From Lama glama (lineage: Eukaryota): a DNA stretch of 64,000 nucleotides. Made by a program: the position numbers and the translations under genes. Location of the stretch: the NCBI GenBank assembly GCA_028534125.1, contig CM052816.1, positions 86,244,001 to 86,308,000 of the forward strand, read 5' to 3'. The notes under the pieces were generated by a model, which was not told where the DNA came from, made no database searches, and worked only from the letters and a program-made list of their open reading frames with translations. This document shows, piece by piece, positions 28,005-41,085 of the stretch (the first letter of the stretch is position 1; each line of letters starts with the position of its first letter).

Positions 28005-28242
28005 TTTTTTTTCCATTCTCTTTTTTTAATATTTTTTATTGATTCATAATCATTTTACAGTGTTGTGTCAAATTCTAGTGTTCAGCACAATTTTTCAGTC
28101 ATTCATGGACATATACACACTCATTGTCACATTTTTTTCTCTGTGATTTATCATAACATTTTGTGTATATTTCCCTGTGCTATACAGTGTAATCTTGTTT
28201 ATCTATTCTACAATTTTGAAATCCCAGTCTATCCCTTCCCAC
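28005..28242 (-). mobile_element. Very young, heavily 5'-truncated L1 3'UTR
   Basis: Poly-T head, antisense L1 3'UTR, and perfect 19-bp TSD catcaactgctatctttat at 27986-28004 and 28243-28261. Confidence 0.95.
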
Positions 28243-28504
28243 CATCAACTGCTATCTTTATATCTGATGGTTGTTTCCCTCACTCTATAATTATGATCAT
28301 GTGTCTCACTTTTTTAAACTAAAGGGAAAATAAGTATCTTGCTCAGATTCCCATATGTTGCATCTCTTCCAGGCATGCTTATTCTAGTCATAAGGTATCT
28401 TGATTTCTTTACCTTCCATTTCTTTCACAACCTACTGCTATCTGACATCTGCCTCAGTGAAGTCAAGGAGAGTCCTGGCTAGGTCCCCACGTTGTATCCT
28501 GCTT

Positions 28505-28707
28505 ACTTCACTCAACACACAGTTGACAAACAACCTATATGTACCAGGCACTATTGAAGTGTTCAGATTAAATCAGTGATGGAAAGAATAAAGGAAGCAT
28601 AGGCAAAATCCCTACCCTTAAGTAGTTTGTATTCTACTAGGCTAAACAGACAAAACAAAATCAATGAACATGCTCAATAGATAATGTTGTATGTGAGGCT
28701 TTGGTGA

Positions 28708-28751
<44 letters not shown>

Positions 28752-29395
28752 TAGTGTTTAAAGAACATGCTGTGAAAAAAGAAGACTACAGTAAGGGGGA
28801 TCAGGACTTGTCTGCAAGGTAAATCATAATTTTTAATTGAGTGGCCATGATTGACTTTATTGAAAAGTGAAATCTGAAAAAAATTTAAGATAAGTAAAGA
28901 AAACAATTATGTGAATAGCAAGGGAACCATGCCCAACAAGTTCAATAAACATCGAAGAGGTCAGTGTGGCTAAAGCAAGGGAGGGCATAGCAGATTGTAA
29001 GTTCACACAGGTAGTGGGAAGCATGACTCTGTATGACCTAGTGGGACATTGTAAATGACCTTCATTCATTCCTAGTGAAATGGATGCTGCGAGACTTCCC
29101 AGCAAAAGAGTGGAATGATCTGAATTGGGTTTTAGAAGTATCATCCAGGATTCTATATTGAGAATAGACTTTGGAGGGCAAGGGTATGTGCATGGAGGCA
29201 GATAGGAAACTATTATAAGAATCCAGGGAGAAGCTGAAAGGACTTTGGACCAATATGGTAGCAGATGGTGTTGTTAGAAGTACTGCTAGATGGTGGAAGC
29301 GGTCATATTCTGAACGTTTCAAGGTAGTTCCAACAAGATTGGATATTGGATCAAAAAGAAGGGATAATCCAGGCTTTTTGGCCCAAACAACTGAA
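28505..29395 (-). mobile_element. L2 LINE fragment
   Basis: 'cctatatgtaccaggcacta', 'ggaatgatctgaattgggttttaga', 'caggctttttggcccaaacaactg'. Confidence 0.8.
28713..28749. repeat. (TG)n microsatellite, about 18 units
   Basis: Uninterrupted TG run seen directly. Confidence 0.97.
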
Positions 29396-29509
29396 CCAGA
29401 TGGATCTCAATTAGGGTTTTCAAAATACGTGAGTAGCAGCAGCCACTAAGAGAGCAACAAAGCCAGCAAGAGAAAAGCATTTAGAGAAGGATTCTTGAGA
29501 AGTCTTTCA

Positions 29510-29680
29510 GAACGTTACCGCGTGGAATGCAGTCCTCAGACAACAGCATAGGTATCACCTAAACGCTTGTTAGAAATGCAGAATCTCAGTCCTGTGTCCA
29601 ACCTACTAAATCAGAACCTCCATTTTCACACGATCCCCTGTAAGATTTATGTGTATGTTACAGTTTGGGGAGAACTTCTT
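29510..29680. mobile_element. MER5A-like hAT-Charlie element
   Basis: 'cttgttagaaatgcagaatctcag...acctactaaatcagaacctccattttcacacgatcccc' is the MER5A core. Confidence 0.8.
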
Positions 29681-30699
29681 AAATAGAATGTTTTATCGAA
29701 GTACATGAAGGACACATACACAATTGGCAAAAGTGAAAAATTATTTTTAAAAATTCCCTCATAAATACTTGAAACATTTATGAGCCATAGATTGTTTTTA
29801 ATCTGGAGGAAAATTACCGAAAATTGCTGTTACTTTTTTTGTACAGGAAAATTGATGTTATTGCCCTTACATAAAGTTAGAATATCTACTTTAATCAAAA
29901 TTTTTTAGAATTAGTTTTATACCTCTTTTGTCCCTCCTTCAATTTCTTTCATGTGTATAATCTAATTTCTGATTCTCTTATTCCTGACAGAAGTGTATTT
30001 AATGTAACTGCAATCACATGATGATTTGACCACGAAAGACCAGGGATGTCATTTGTCCAGAACTTGTTTAGAGATATTGAAGCAAAGGCCTCCAGAGCCT
30101 GCATGACAGATGCAGGGTCATGTAACTGACTAGAGGGAGACTTGGGCTGGCGTAACTCTTGAAGATAATTAAGGTGTGATTTTTAAGAAGAGTTCCATAG
30201 TTCAGGTTTTTCGTGGCCACAAAATTTTACCACAATTGGGAATAAATTGGCAAAAATTGCCTTTTACAGACTGCTTGTCAAAATCATCCATAAGCTCATA
30301 AAGAGAATGATTTGTGTAATTTACCCGTAATATCTGGCATATGTCTAGGGCAATATTGTTAAATTAAAGGGTGCTGTTTTAGTGTGTTAATATGTCATAT
30401 ATTTGGCAGCAAACAGACACTAAAGATATAAAATATAAATTTCAAAACAATCAACTTTGAAGTAATTCTTAATACCAAATCGCACTTCATCTAGCACTTA
30501 ATGCTGATATGATGATACTGCGAGCCTGCCACAGCACGGACTGACAGAGGCTTCTCTCGTATGTCCCAGTTAATGTTTCCAAACTTGGTTTTCACTAATC
30601 ATTTTTACAAATACCAGTGGAATTTTATACATGCTGCTCAACACACATTTCCTCAACAATTTTAAAAAAGCGATTTCTATACTGCGGATCTCTTCTACC

Positions 30700-31040
30700 T
30701 AGAGTTTCCCTCCATCACCCCCTCATCATCACCCGCTGAACTTTTCTTTTTCAGTCTTGGAATGCTCATCTCAGGGCTATTTCTTTCTTAAATGGTTTTC
30801 TGACCTATTACCAGGCTAGAGCTGATCTTTCTCCTTCCTAATCTCTGTAGAATACTTTCTTCTCCTATCTTTGTCATTTATCTTTGTCTTATTGCATAAG
30901 ATGCCACCTTGTGTTGCGCTCGTTAGATAATTTACTGAAGTTCTAAATTGTAAGGATCTTAAGGATAGGAATGAGTCTTCTTTGAAAGTACATTAACTCT
31001 ATGGACAAAAATATCATCATCATATGAAAAATAGTTAAAT
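30700..31040 (+). mobile_element. L2 fragment
   Basis: Degenerate L2 3' motifs ('ttttctgacc', 'cttaaggataggaatgagtctt'). Confidence 0.5.
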
Positions 31041-32539
31041 ATCACTGTATTATTTATACTCCAAGATATCTCATCCTTTCTTATGTGCACAACCTCAAAA
31101 GCACAAGAAGCAGGTACTGTCAGCCCAAAGTGCTGTCCTGCCCCATGCTCAATCAGCTTGTCAGTTGCATTAATAGGATTGTATCCTCTGATGCTAGAGA
31201 CTGTGATTGTATTATTTTATAAAACTCTTTTGATAAAGGGTCCAGAATCCTACAGATCCTTCTTTTGTATCTGTAACTTGTCTTTCACTCCATATAGCAA
31301 CTTTTGGAAGCAGATGCAAATTCTTTGGGATTTCCTTCTCATATTTATAATATGAGATAATATCTTACATTACACTTATAATGTACATGACAGAGATTTA
31401 ATTATTAATTAAGATAATGCACCTAAAATTATGGGCTAATGGACCCATCCACTAAATCATAGCCTTATCCTTATCTCTAATTTCTATGTTCTCCACGGAG
31501 CTTACCACATTTCTTTTTCACAGAGTGAGTGTTCAGTAAATTTTAAAAGTAATTTCCATATAATAAAACCCAAACTACCTTTATTTCACTTCCCTTTAGG
31601 AAACATTTGTCATAGATCTGTCCATGTATGTCACAGCGTCTCCTTGACTCACGATTAACTTTCCTTGACTTTTACCAAACTATCATGTTTTATAGATCCT
31701 AGCAAGGAGACTCCGAATAAGCCAGGCAGCAAATTGTGCATGCTTTAGGTTTTACACTTTTACACTTGCCGCTGAGAACTGACCTTTTTCATGTTCATTA
31801 ATAGAAAAAAAAATAATCCTGCATTGTTTAAAAAAAAGAAAGAATTCTTAACACAGGTTCCTATCACTTATCATCTGTGAAAACAGTTGTAACAACAGAC
31901 ATGAGTGACTTTTCTCTGAGAAGCCACAAGCCATTGTGTTGTCAGTATGAGAACTAAAAGCTTTTGGTTTATACATGTGGTATGGCTGTCTGAATCTTTT
32001 AGTTCATCAAATTCCAAGGAGTGAGCAAAAGACAAAGATTGTAGCTTTAGCTGCCAAAGAGAGTGTGAATCATTTCTCTCAAGATTTTAAATATCCTTTT
32101 TTAGCTTGGAGGCATAAAGCACCAACCTGAATGAAAACAGATTTAGTCTGTAACAAGAAGACAGCATTTAACCAGCATATGCTAAAGTGCCTTCCTGAAA
32201 CAGTACGAAAGTTTTATGCAAAAGTGCTACTTCAAAAAAAAAAAAATGCATGAAGCAAATTATTCATACTGTGTTCGCTGGACCTTTTTATACCTGGAAA
32301 GGTTATAAGAACTTTACTAGGATAAAAAATTAGAAAATGCAGAAAAATAATTTGTCAGGAGGAAAAATTTTTGATACTTATTGATCAATACAACTTTTTA
32401 GTAAAATCATCTTCCTGGCTCTAATCTAAGGCTTGTGTAGCCAAGTTAATTATATGTTATAATATTTTATGTTTTCTCTGGATTAGTAATCTTTTACTAA
32501 AATAATGTATTGTGTTTAAATTTTATTTAACTTAAAATT

Positions 32540-33045
32540 TAGTAAAAATAATCCCACAGTTCAAGGGAACAAACCAGGAAGCCCAAAATGGACTCAAATA
32601 TATGGAGAAATTTAGTTTAAAATTAAGATGACATCTCAAATCAGTATGGAAAGAATCGATTGTTCAAAGACTGCTGTAGAAACGGCTGGAGATCTATCTG
32701 TATAATTTGTCCATATATTGCACTTATGTACCAGTATTTTATACCTTATGACAAAATGAATTCTAAGTGGATCCAAGTTCTAAGTATAAAAATGAATACA
32801 TAGTAAAAGTACAATGTAAATGCTAAATATTAAATACTAAATAAAATATTAATCTTTTTCATTATTGATTAGAAATTGTTTTTAACCCTCAGAAGTCATA
32901 AAAGGTTGATAATTAGGCTATGTAGTTGGAAGACTAATTTATATTCAACACACCATAAGCCAAGTTAAGACAGATATGTACCACACATAAGAAATAGATG
33001 TATGTTTAAATGTATTAAAAGCTCAAACAAATTAATATAAAAGAC
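32540..33045 (+). mobile_element. Old L1 (L1ME-type) ORF2 fragment
   Basis: 'aaatcagtatggaaagaatcgattgttcaaa', 'acaaaatgaattctaagtggatccaag'. Confidence 0.65.
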
Positions 33046-33376
33046 TGGTAGCAGAAAGGCAGAAGGCTTTCTTTCAGGTCTCTGTGTAAATATTTTCTTA
33101 TGAAAGAAGTCTTGCCTGACAACCCCATGAAAAAGAGCATCCTGCAAATCTCTCTAACCAGGTTAGTCAGATCTTCATTGTATATTCTCTGCAAGTTCTA
33201 GGAGGGCCAGTCCCGGGGGACTCTATATTTAGCTCACTCATATTCTAGCCCATGGTCTTTAAATAAAAATATCGTGTAAATAAAGGAATCCAGGATAAAA
33301 CATAATGAGGCACAATAAATAACAGAAGGATTAGCTTGGAAAGAATAAACACACTATTTTCAGAGGTAAAGGCCTA

Positions 33377-33418
33377 TGTGTGTGAATGTGTGTGTGTGTG
33401 TGTGTGTTGTGTGTGTGT
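33377..33418. repeat. Interrupted (TG)n microsatellite
   Basis: Seen directly. Confidence 0.92.
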
Positions 33419-34064
33419 AAACAGGAAATAATCCAGGTTATAATCTTAGCACAAGGGTTATCAAGCACTGCTGAGTGAACATTTCATATTATATTACATA
33501 ACATGAATTTGTAGAGAACTAGATGAGTTTGATTTTGTAAATTTCCACATAATTGCTCAGCTGCCTAAAATCACGAATAGAGAAATATAATATCTAAAAA
33601 TGCCTTGGCTTAAAGTTTGACAAGAAGTGATTATGAGCAGTGAGTAAAGGAATAACTTTATGATCATAAAGTACACATATTTGAACTGGTTTACCATTGG
33701 CCCCAGCATAGGCAAATGAAGCTAAAATTATGATGACAACATCAAGAGATAATGAGAGTTTGGAAAAACACACAGGGACAATGAAGAGAAAATTTACTAA
33801 AGTATGGAAAGGGAAATGTTAAAACTGATTTGAAATCTCCTTTAAGAATTTATATACTTTCACTTCCAACTTCTCTGGCTGGCTTCTCTTCCTGTGCCTT
33901 CCTTTGGTACTGATATTCTCCAGTGTTTGTAAGGATTCCCAGATGACTTCAATTTCATGTCTATTATGTATGTCCACCAAGACTGATATGCTAATGATTT
34001 CCAAATGTGCACTTTCAATTCTATTCCTTTGCTTTAAAATCTGCACTTATGGACTAACTTCCAT

Positions 34065-34550
34065 CCAAAATGTAATCAGCTATGGACCAATTACAGGAAC
34101 AGAATCTATTCTAGTTATTTCAAACACAAAGAGATTTAATGCAATGATCAGGTGCTTTTAAAATTTTTGGAACAACTGCAGGTGCAAGCTCAAGGCTAGG
34201 ACCCTGGAATCAACAACAGGAGTTGTTAAAATACACACACTGTAGCTGTGACCCACATGTCAGACTTGCACCCCTATCTGTTGACCCAGGGAAGCTAGGG
34301 ACTAGATTGCTATAGAAAAACCCAGTGTCTTCACAACTGTGCCTGACGGAAGGAGGAGCCAATCAATTAAAAGACAGTGTCTTTATCCAAGTCTTTCCTT
34401 CATTCCAAGTGTTATATAAGTATATCTAATTGGAGGACCTACTTTTATCAAAATGATAGAAACAAAGGGTTTTAGAAAAGCTGTTCTCATGCAGCCTCTG
34501 AATAGAGGTACATGGGTACAAGGAGGTAAGCTGAAATGCTGAGTGGGAAT
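34065..34550. mobile_element. Old LTR (MaLR/ERVL-like), apparently inserted in L2 sequence
   Basis: 'caggaacagaatctattctagttatttcaaacacaaagagatttaatgca' and 'tatctaattggaggacctac' resemble old LTRs; L2-like flanks. Confidence 0.45.
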
Positions 34551-35246
34551 CATTCATCATTACCCCTTGAATATATCACCTTTTGCTCCATAATTCAGCA
34601 TTAAAAATGGAAACCAACATTTTTGCCCAGCAATTTCTTTCTGTATTAAACCCCTCATCCTGGTTAAAATCACTATCTAAAAATATTTCTTTATTCTTAT
34701 TTTCTCCTACTTCTAATTCTTATAGATATGTTTTATTGATGCTTATATGTAAATATCTTTTGAGTCTCCTTTTTATGTCTCTACATGACATCCCATTGAC
34801 ACATTTTGTACATGATTGGGGGCAAAGTTGCACCTCTTTTATGTTGCTTATTTCGTCTATAATTGAAAAGATGATATAATATTTCTGATAAAAGTAATCT
34901 AAAACAAATAGTTTTAATTTTTTGCATTTAGTGAACAATTTTAATGTAGATTCATTTATTATATACTCATTTTTCAGAGATTTATTTTCTGTTCAAGGAT
35001 TATTTTATCTTCAAGGCAGAGTTTAATCTTATCGTATAGATCGTGTTAGTTATAGTGATCTGTGCTATACATCTATGTTTAACCAGTGTTAAAGGCAAAG
35101 AAAATAATCTAAAATGCTAAAATTATAAAGTCTTCTAAGCTATTTTATGCATGGGTTGTGGACTTTTCAGTTCAAGTCTTGTCTCTTTTTACATGTTAAA
35201 TTTGTGTTTTAACAATGTCTGGTGATAAAATTTGCATATTGCATGT

Positions 35247-35713
35247 TGTGGTAAAATGAATAAAGGCCACCAAAGATGTTCTTAACCCAATCAGTGGAAC
35301 CTGTGACTCTGTGATCCTATATGGCAAAGAGACCTTTCCAGATATGATTAAGGACTTTGAGATGGGGAAATTATCCTGGATTATCTGGATGAGTCTAATA
35401 TAACCACAGCGTTCTTATAAAAGAGAGGCAGTCAGTGAAGTTCAGAGATTAAAAAGATGTGATGATAGAAACATAGGTTGGAGTGATGCACGTTGAAGGT
35501 GGAGAAAGGGGCTACACTCCAAGAAGTGCAGGTGGCTTCTGGTAGCCAAAGATGCAAGGAAATTGATTCTCCCTTGATATTTCCAAAAGTAAGAAAGTCC
35601 TGCTAACAGGGCTTAGATTTCTGACTCCCACAAATATAAGAGAAGAAATTTGTGTTGTATTAAGCCATTAGATTTGTGGTGATGTATTACAACAACAATA
35701 GCAGACTGATACA
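35247..35713 (+). mobile_element. MaLR solo LTR, MLT1D-like
   Basis: Starts tgtggt...caaagatgt...ggaacctgtga; 'ttgagatggggaaattatcctggattatctgg'; ends 'actgataca'. Confidence 0.9.
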
Positions 35714-37019
35714 AGTGATTACCAATTACAGAGATTAACTTCAGTCTGTCTTACTGCATTATGATAGGCTTCTATGAGAGTAAACCTTTGACTTGGGTTG
35801 GAATATAATCTCAGATGTATCAGCATGCTTGGGAATTTAAGGCAGCAAAGAGGTTGTCACCTCTGCTGAGAAATTAGTAGATGTGAATCAACTTGATTTT
35901 TTTCTTATATGCACAAGGTTTCATTTCCATAATGAGAACAGTTTACTTTTCACATTTTTAACGATATCAGATACTTATTATTTTACTCTTCACGTATTTA
36001 ATGATATCAGAGTATTATCCAAAACCATCAGTTCATCAGAGAAATACAGTCATATCTGTTAATGACACACTTCTTTTAATAAAAATGTAAAATGTGGTTT
36101 GTAGCATAGAAAGGATGCTCAATTAAAAAATGTTTAGTACATTAGCATTTTGAAAGATTTTTCTAGTTCTTCAGTAGTCTATAAAATAGATTATCTCAAG
36201 AAAGAAAGCCTGGTTGAGAGAAGATAGGTGTGTTTACCTAGCCACATGCTTATTGAAGAGAAAGTTGAATAAATATCAAACCAGATATATACAAAGAATC
36301 CTGTTGAATTGTAAAGACATATGCAGAGAACAAAACAAGAGGGTACAAATAAAATTGTCTTTAAAGGGAGATTTTTTTCTTTTTTTTCTGGAAATAGTCA
36401 TTGCTTGAAATTAATGGAACTCATTTACGCTTCTCTGAATTGTGCCCTAAATTGAGTACATACTACTTTTGTGATTAAAAAATACAATCACTAAAATCAG
36501 GGGACTTCACACATTTGTGATAGGCTGGATAGGAAAAAAGAAAAATCACCCAAAAAGAACTGACATGCATCTAGGAATCAATCATTACAAGTGGAATGAC
36601 TTACAATCAGGACATTCTTATCTCTTGCTCTGTTCTCCAAGTGGCAAATTAAACACTATAATTTTTTTCCTTTCCACTCCTCATCACACTCTTGGTGCTC
36701 TGAAAACACAGGCTCCTGAGCTGTGTTCCACCTGCCCCTCACCTGTGTATCTTCCTGTGCGCCCCGGCGTCTGTATGCCTAGATATTCTAGGAGCTGGCC
36801 TAGGCTTCCTGCTGTCAAACTCTGCCCCTCTTTGAGTCACGCTGTTTATTCTCAGAGCTGTGAGGACAATTTTGTTAGACATGTATGGAAATTGCCTACC
36901 TAGGCCCCTGTGTTCTTCACCTTACTGACTAAACATCTCCTGTCAGTATGAATTCCATCCTAAGAAATGGACCAAGTGTGAACTCTCATCCCTCCCTTTA
37001 CTTTCTTGTTTTGTTTTGT

Positions 37020-37655
37020 TTTAAGACTATTTTTTGAGCACTTTTAGTTTTACAACAAAATTGAGAGGAAAGTACAGAGATTTCCCATATACTCCTTACC
37101 TCTACACATCTATAATCTCCCCATTGTCCACATCCCTCAGCAGAGTGGTACATTCATTACAACTGATGAACCTACACTGACACATCATTATCACCCAGAG
37201 TCCACAGTTTACATTATGGTGGTTCACTCTTTGTGTTGTACATTCTGTGGGTTTGGACAAATATGTACTGACTTATATCCATTATTATACTATTACATAG
37301 AGTAACTGTACTGCCCTAAACATCTTCTGTGCTTGCCTATTCACCTTTCCTTCTCCCCAGCCCCCAACACCTGGCAACCTCTAATATGTTTTACTGTCTC
37401 TATAGTTTTGCCTTTTCCAGAATGTCATATAGGTGGAATCACATAGTGTGTAGCATTTTAGATAGACTTATTTTACTTAGTAATATAAATTTAAGCTTCC
37501 TTCATGTCTTTTTATAGCTTGATAGCTCATTTCTTTTTATTCCTGAACAAAATTCCATTGTCTAGTTGTACCACAGTTTATTTATCCATTCACCTATTGA
37601 AGGACATCTTGCTTGCTTCCAAGTTTTGGCAATTATGAATAAACCTGGTATAAAC
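37020..37655 (-). mobile_element. L1MC-like 3' end
   Basis: 'aaaattgagaggaaagtacagagatttcccatatac', 'gatgaacctacactgacacatcattatcaccc', 'gaaggacatcttgcttgcttccaagttttggcaattatgaataaa'. Confidence 0.9.
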
Positions 37656-40063
37656 TTCCCTTTTTTCGTAAATGCCAATCCTTTCACTTTTCAAGACATG
37701 GCCATTTCAAAAGAGATTATGTATGTTTTGTCATTATTCTCATGCTATTAGAATTTTTTTTAATTCTCCATATATTTAATAGATATTTTTTGAAAGTTAG
37801 AGTAGTGTAAATATATTTCTTCTGAAATAAATGGTTTTAAATGCATTATTTAAAGGCCATTAAAAGTAATTTAGTGGGAATTCCTATTAAGGTCCTAATA
37901 ATCCCTCTGTATACTCCATGCTTTATATTTTCATAGAATTATGTATGTGTATGTTATACTTGTGTCATCAATTTCCTCATTGTAGCATGAATGGTTATCC
38001 AAAACTCAGTTCTAAGAAATGCAGCTGAAAAAATAACTTATCTTAATTTCATTGATAGATGTTAGATATTTTGTTACAATCTGTTATATTTTTTGAGTAG
38101 CTTTCCTTAAGTTAAATTTATGAAAAAAATAGAACCCATTTTCAAACTTAAATTGTTTTTAAAATAATGCTCTATACCCAGACAGTAACTAATTCTAACA
38201 TAGAAATAATGTGTTGGGATTTCACTGAATGTAGGTTGACGGAAGTGAAGTCCCATGGACTCATAGTTACCAGAAAGTAGAAATTAGGTTTGTAATGTCA
38301 CCGGTATAGGAAGTCTTAAATAAGACCATAAAACTGAACCAGTTGATCTCATAAAATATTGATGAGAGAAGTAGTATGGTGAAGCACAAAGATGATATAG
38401 TGATTATAATTATTTTGAATTAAGGATAAAATTTAAAGTATTATATCCTGGTAGAGGAAGCCTTAGTATTTTTTAATGAGCCGTTTGGAGATAATGGAAC
38501 TGACTGATGCCAGGTCAACACAAAGCTAATTTTCTGTTTTCATGAGGAACAGATGGTGTGGATGGACATAAAAATCAGTTTCATAGAGGGAAAAATGGCT
38601 TAGTTTGGCAAGTTTATTTCAGAAAATATACTTCAGGAGCTAGATTTGTGTCGCCATCTTGAGAATGTTCTCCCACTGATATGGTTGATTAAAGGGTGAT
38701 CATGAGGACGTATGCTCTCTGTGGAAGAACACCTAGATCTCTCCCTTTGGAAGGATCCCCTTCCTGGCCAGCTGGGTTTATGAAACGTGTTTCTGAGAAT
38801 CTTCATTTTATTTATTTAATGAGAGCTTAGTAAAAAAGGAAAATATCACATAATAAGTCAGAGATACTTCGTGTTGCTTGATGCCTGTAACATACTCCTA
38901 TAGAGAATAATTACTGAAAATTAAAAGAAGAAGCCGTAGTCAGTGTTCTCTTGAACAAAGATTTTTTGGAAAACATTAAGTATTTAAGAAGAGCCAAATG
39001 AAATTTTATCTAAGAGGCTGTATTTTTGCCTTGAAAAGAAAATTACTTTATTTAATGTAGAAATGAGACTGAAGGACCAGAAGGCTCAAGTTGAGTTTTC
39101 TTCTTTTTTTTTCCAGTTAAAGTTCTGATTTGGAAAAAATTAAGGCAATAAGGAAAATGAACAGCTGGCTATATTTAGTATGCCAATTAACAGTTTTTAC
39201 AAACTTGTGCCTACAACAAGTGGTTCCGTGGCATAAAAAGATAAGCTCACTCTTTTGGCATGGCAGTCTCCACTCAAACGACAAGACCTGTAACGTGAAC
39301 ACGATTGGGAAAAATACATAACCCATAAGAATTCCAAAACTGGGTATAAATGAGGACAACAGATATGGAACCAAAAGATGATTGGTAAAATTAAAGTAAA
39401 ATACTCCCTAATAATTCACAAGGAAAAATAATTACAGGTTGTGCAACAAAATGTATCTTTGGATGTAACTAGTAACAGCTTATGAGTAACAAATTTAGCA
39501 TGAAATTTTAACACAGGACATAAATATCACATGGATAATGCCAAAATTTTGTAGTGTAGAAATCATGAATTCATAGGCTATTAAAATAAATTTAATTTAA
39601 AAAACCATATCTAATAATAATATGAAGAAAACCATATATTTGTGTATACCAAGAAAGCTTTCACCTATATGGAAAAATAATTCATGAACTCAAGAATAGA
39701 TATATAGATGGTGGATAGAAATTGGGGGGAAAATGAAACAAGCTGGTAAGAGCATTATAATTCTACCCAGTAGACAAGAAATGTGGAGGGAGCTATGGCT
39801 TAATACTTCCATGGTTTGAATTCATATGTAAGGGAAGTACTGAGAGAAACTGCTGTTCTGAGCTAAAATTGAATGAAAAAGTAAGACAGAGTTATTGGTT
39901 TAGACATACAGAAAATATGAGAAGAATGGGAGAATGTACTCCTGGAGTTGAATTTAATAAAGGAAAGGAAAATTGTACATAGTCAATATAACTATGACAT
40001 TAGTAGATAGCATTTTAAAATGCAGAAGTTATGCCACCTTTTATTTAGAAAATAATAGGTTTA

Positions 40064-40355
40064 GTGGAGGGGGAGGTGGGAAGGGACAGACTGGGAGTTA
40101 GAAATTTGTAGATACTGACAGGCATATCTAATATAGATAAACAAGATTACACTGTATAGCACAGGGAAATATATACAAGATCATGTGGTAGCTCACAATA
40201 AAAAAAAGTGACAATGAATATATGTATGTTCATGTATAATTGAAAAATTGTGTTCTACACTGGAAATTGAAACAACATTGTACAATGACTATAACGCAAT
40301 AAAAAAGTTTAAAAAAATTAAAAAATAAATAAAATAGGCTTATCATTCAAAGAAA
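40064..40355 (+). mobile_element. Young 5'-truncated L1 3'UTR
   Basis: Same family as 28005-28242 ('gtgggaagggacagactggga...tagataaacaagattacactgtatagcacagggaaatata') with an A-rich tail. 17-bp TSD with one mismatch: agaaaataataggttta 40047-40063 and agaaaagaataggttta 40356-40372. Confidence 0.93.
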
Positions 40356-40460
40356 AGAAAAGAATAGGTTTATTTATTTAAAATTTTTTAAATAATATTA
40401 GGTTAAATTTTATAAAATTTTTACATTTGTATTTCAAAAATAGTCAAACATCAACAATTT

Positions 40461-41085
40461 TATTTTTTAATTTTTTTACTGAAGTATAGTTGATTTACAA
40501 TGTTGTGTTAGTTTGTGGTGTATAGCATAATAATTCAGTTTTATATATATATATATATTCTTCTGATATTCTTTTTAATTATAGGTTATTTCAAGATATT
40601 GAATGTAGTTCCCTGTGCTATATATTAGGACCTTGTTGTTAGGTCCTATGGATATATAGATATATAGATATTTTATATGTAGTAGTTTGTATCTGCTAAT
40701 CCTGAGCTCTTAATTTATCCTTCTCTTCTTCTTTCCTCTTTGGTAACCATAAGTTTGTTTATGTCTGTAAGTGTTTTTCTGATTCATAAATAAGTTTATT
40801 TGTATCACTTTTTTTAGATTCCATATATATGTGATATATGATATTTTTCTTTCTCTGACTTACTTCATTTAGTATGATTATCTGATTTTCAAAGAAATGC
40901 AAATAAACCTACAACGATGTATCACCTCACACTGGTCAGAATGGCCATCATTTAAAGAAATCTACAAGCAATAAATGCTGGAGAGAGTGTGGACCAAAGG
41001 GAACCCTCCTACGTTGTTAGTGGGAATGTGACTTGGTGCAGCCACTATGGAAAACAGTATGGAGATTCATTTAAAAACTAGAAAT
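40461..41085 (-). mobile_element. L1 with inverted 5' segment (3'UTR on - to ~40884; ORF2 piece on + ~40885-41085)
   Basis: Both parts lie inside one TSD, atcaacaattt, at 40450-40460 and 41086-41096. Confidence 0.88.

Noticed and set aside
6231..35713. MLT1D copies as paired LTRs of one provirus
   Set aside because: Orientations differ, the 6231 copy has its own TSD, and no internal MaLR sequence links them; they are independent solo LTRs.
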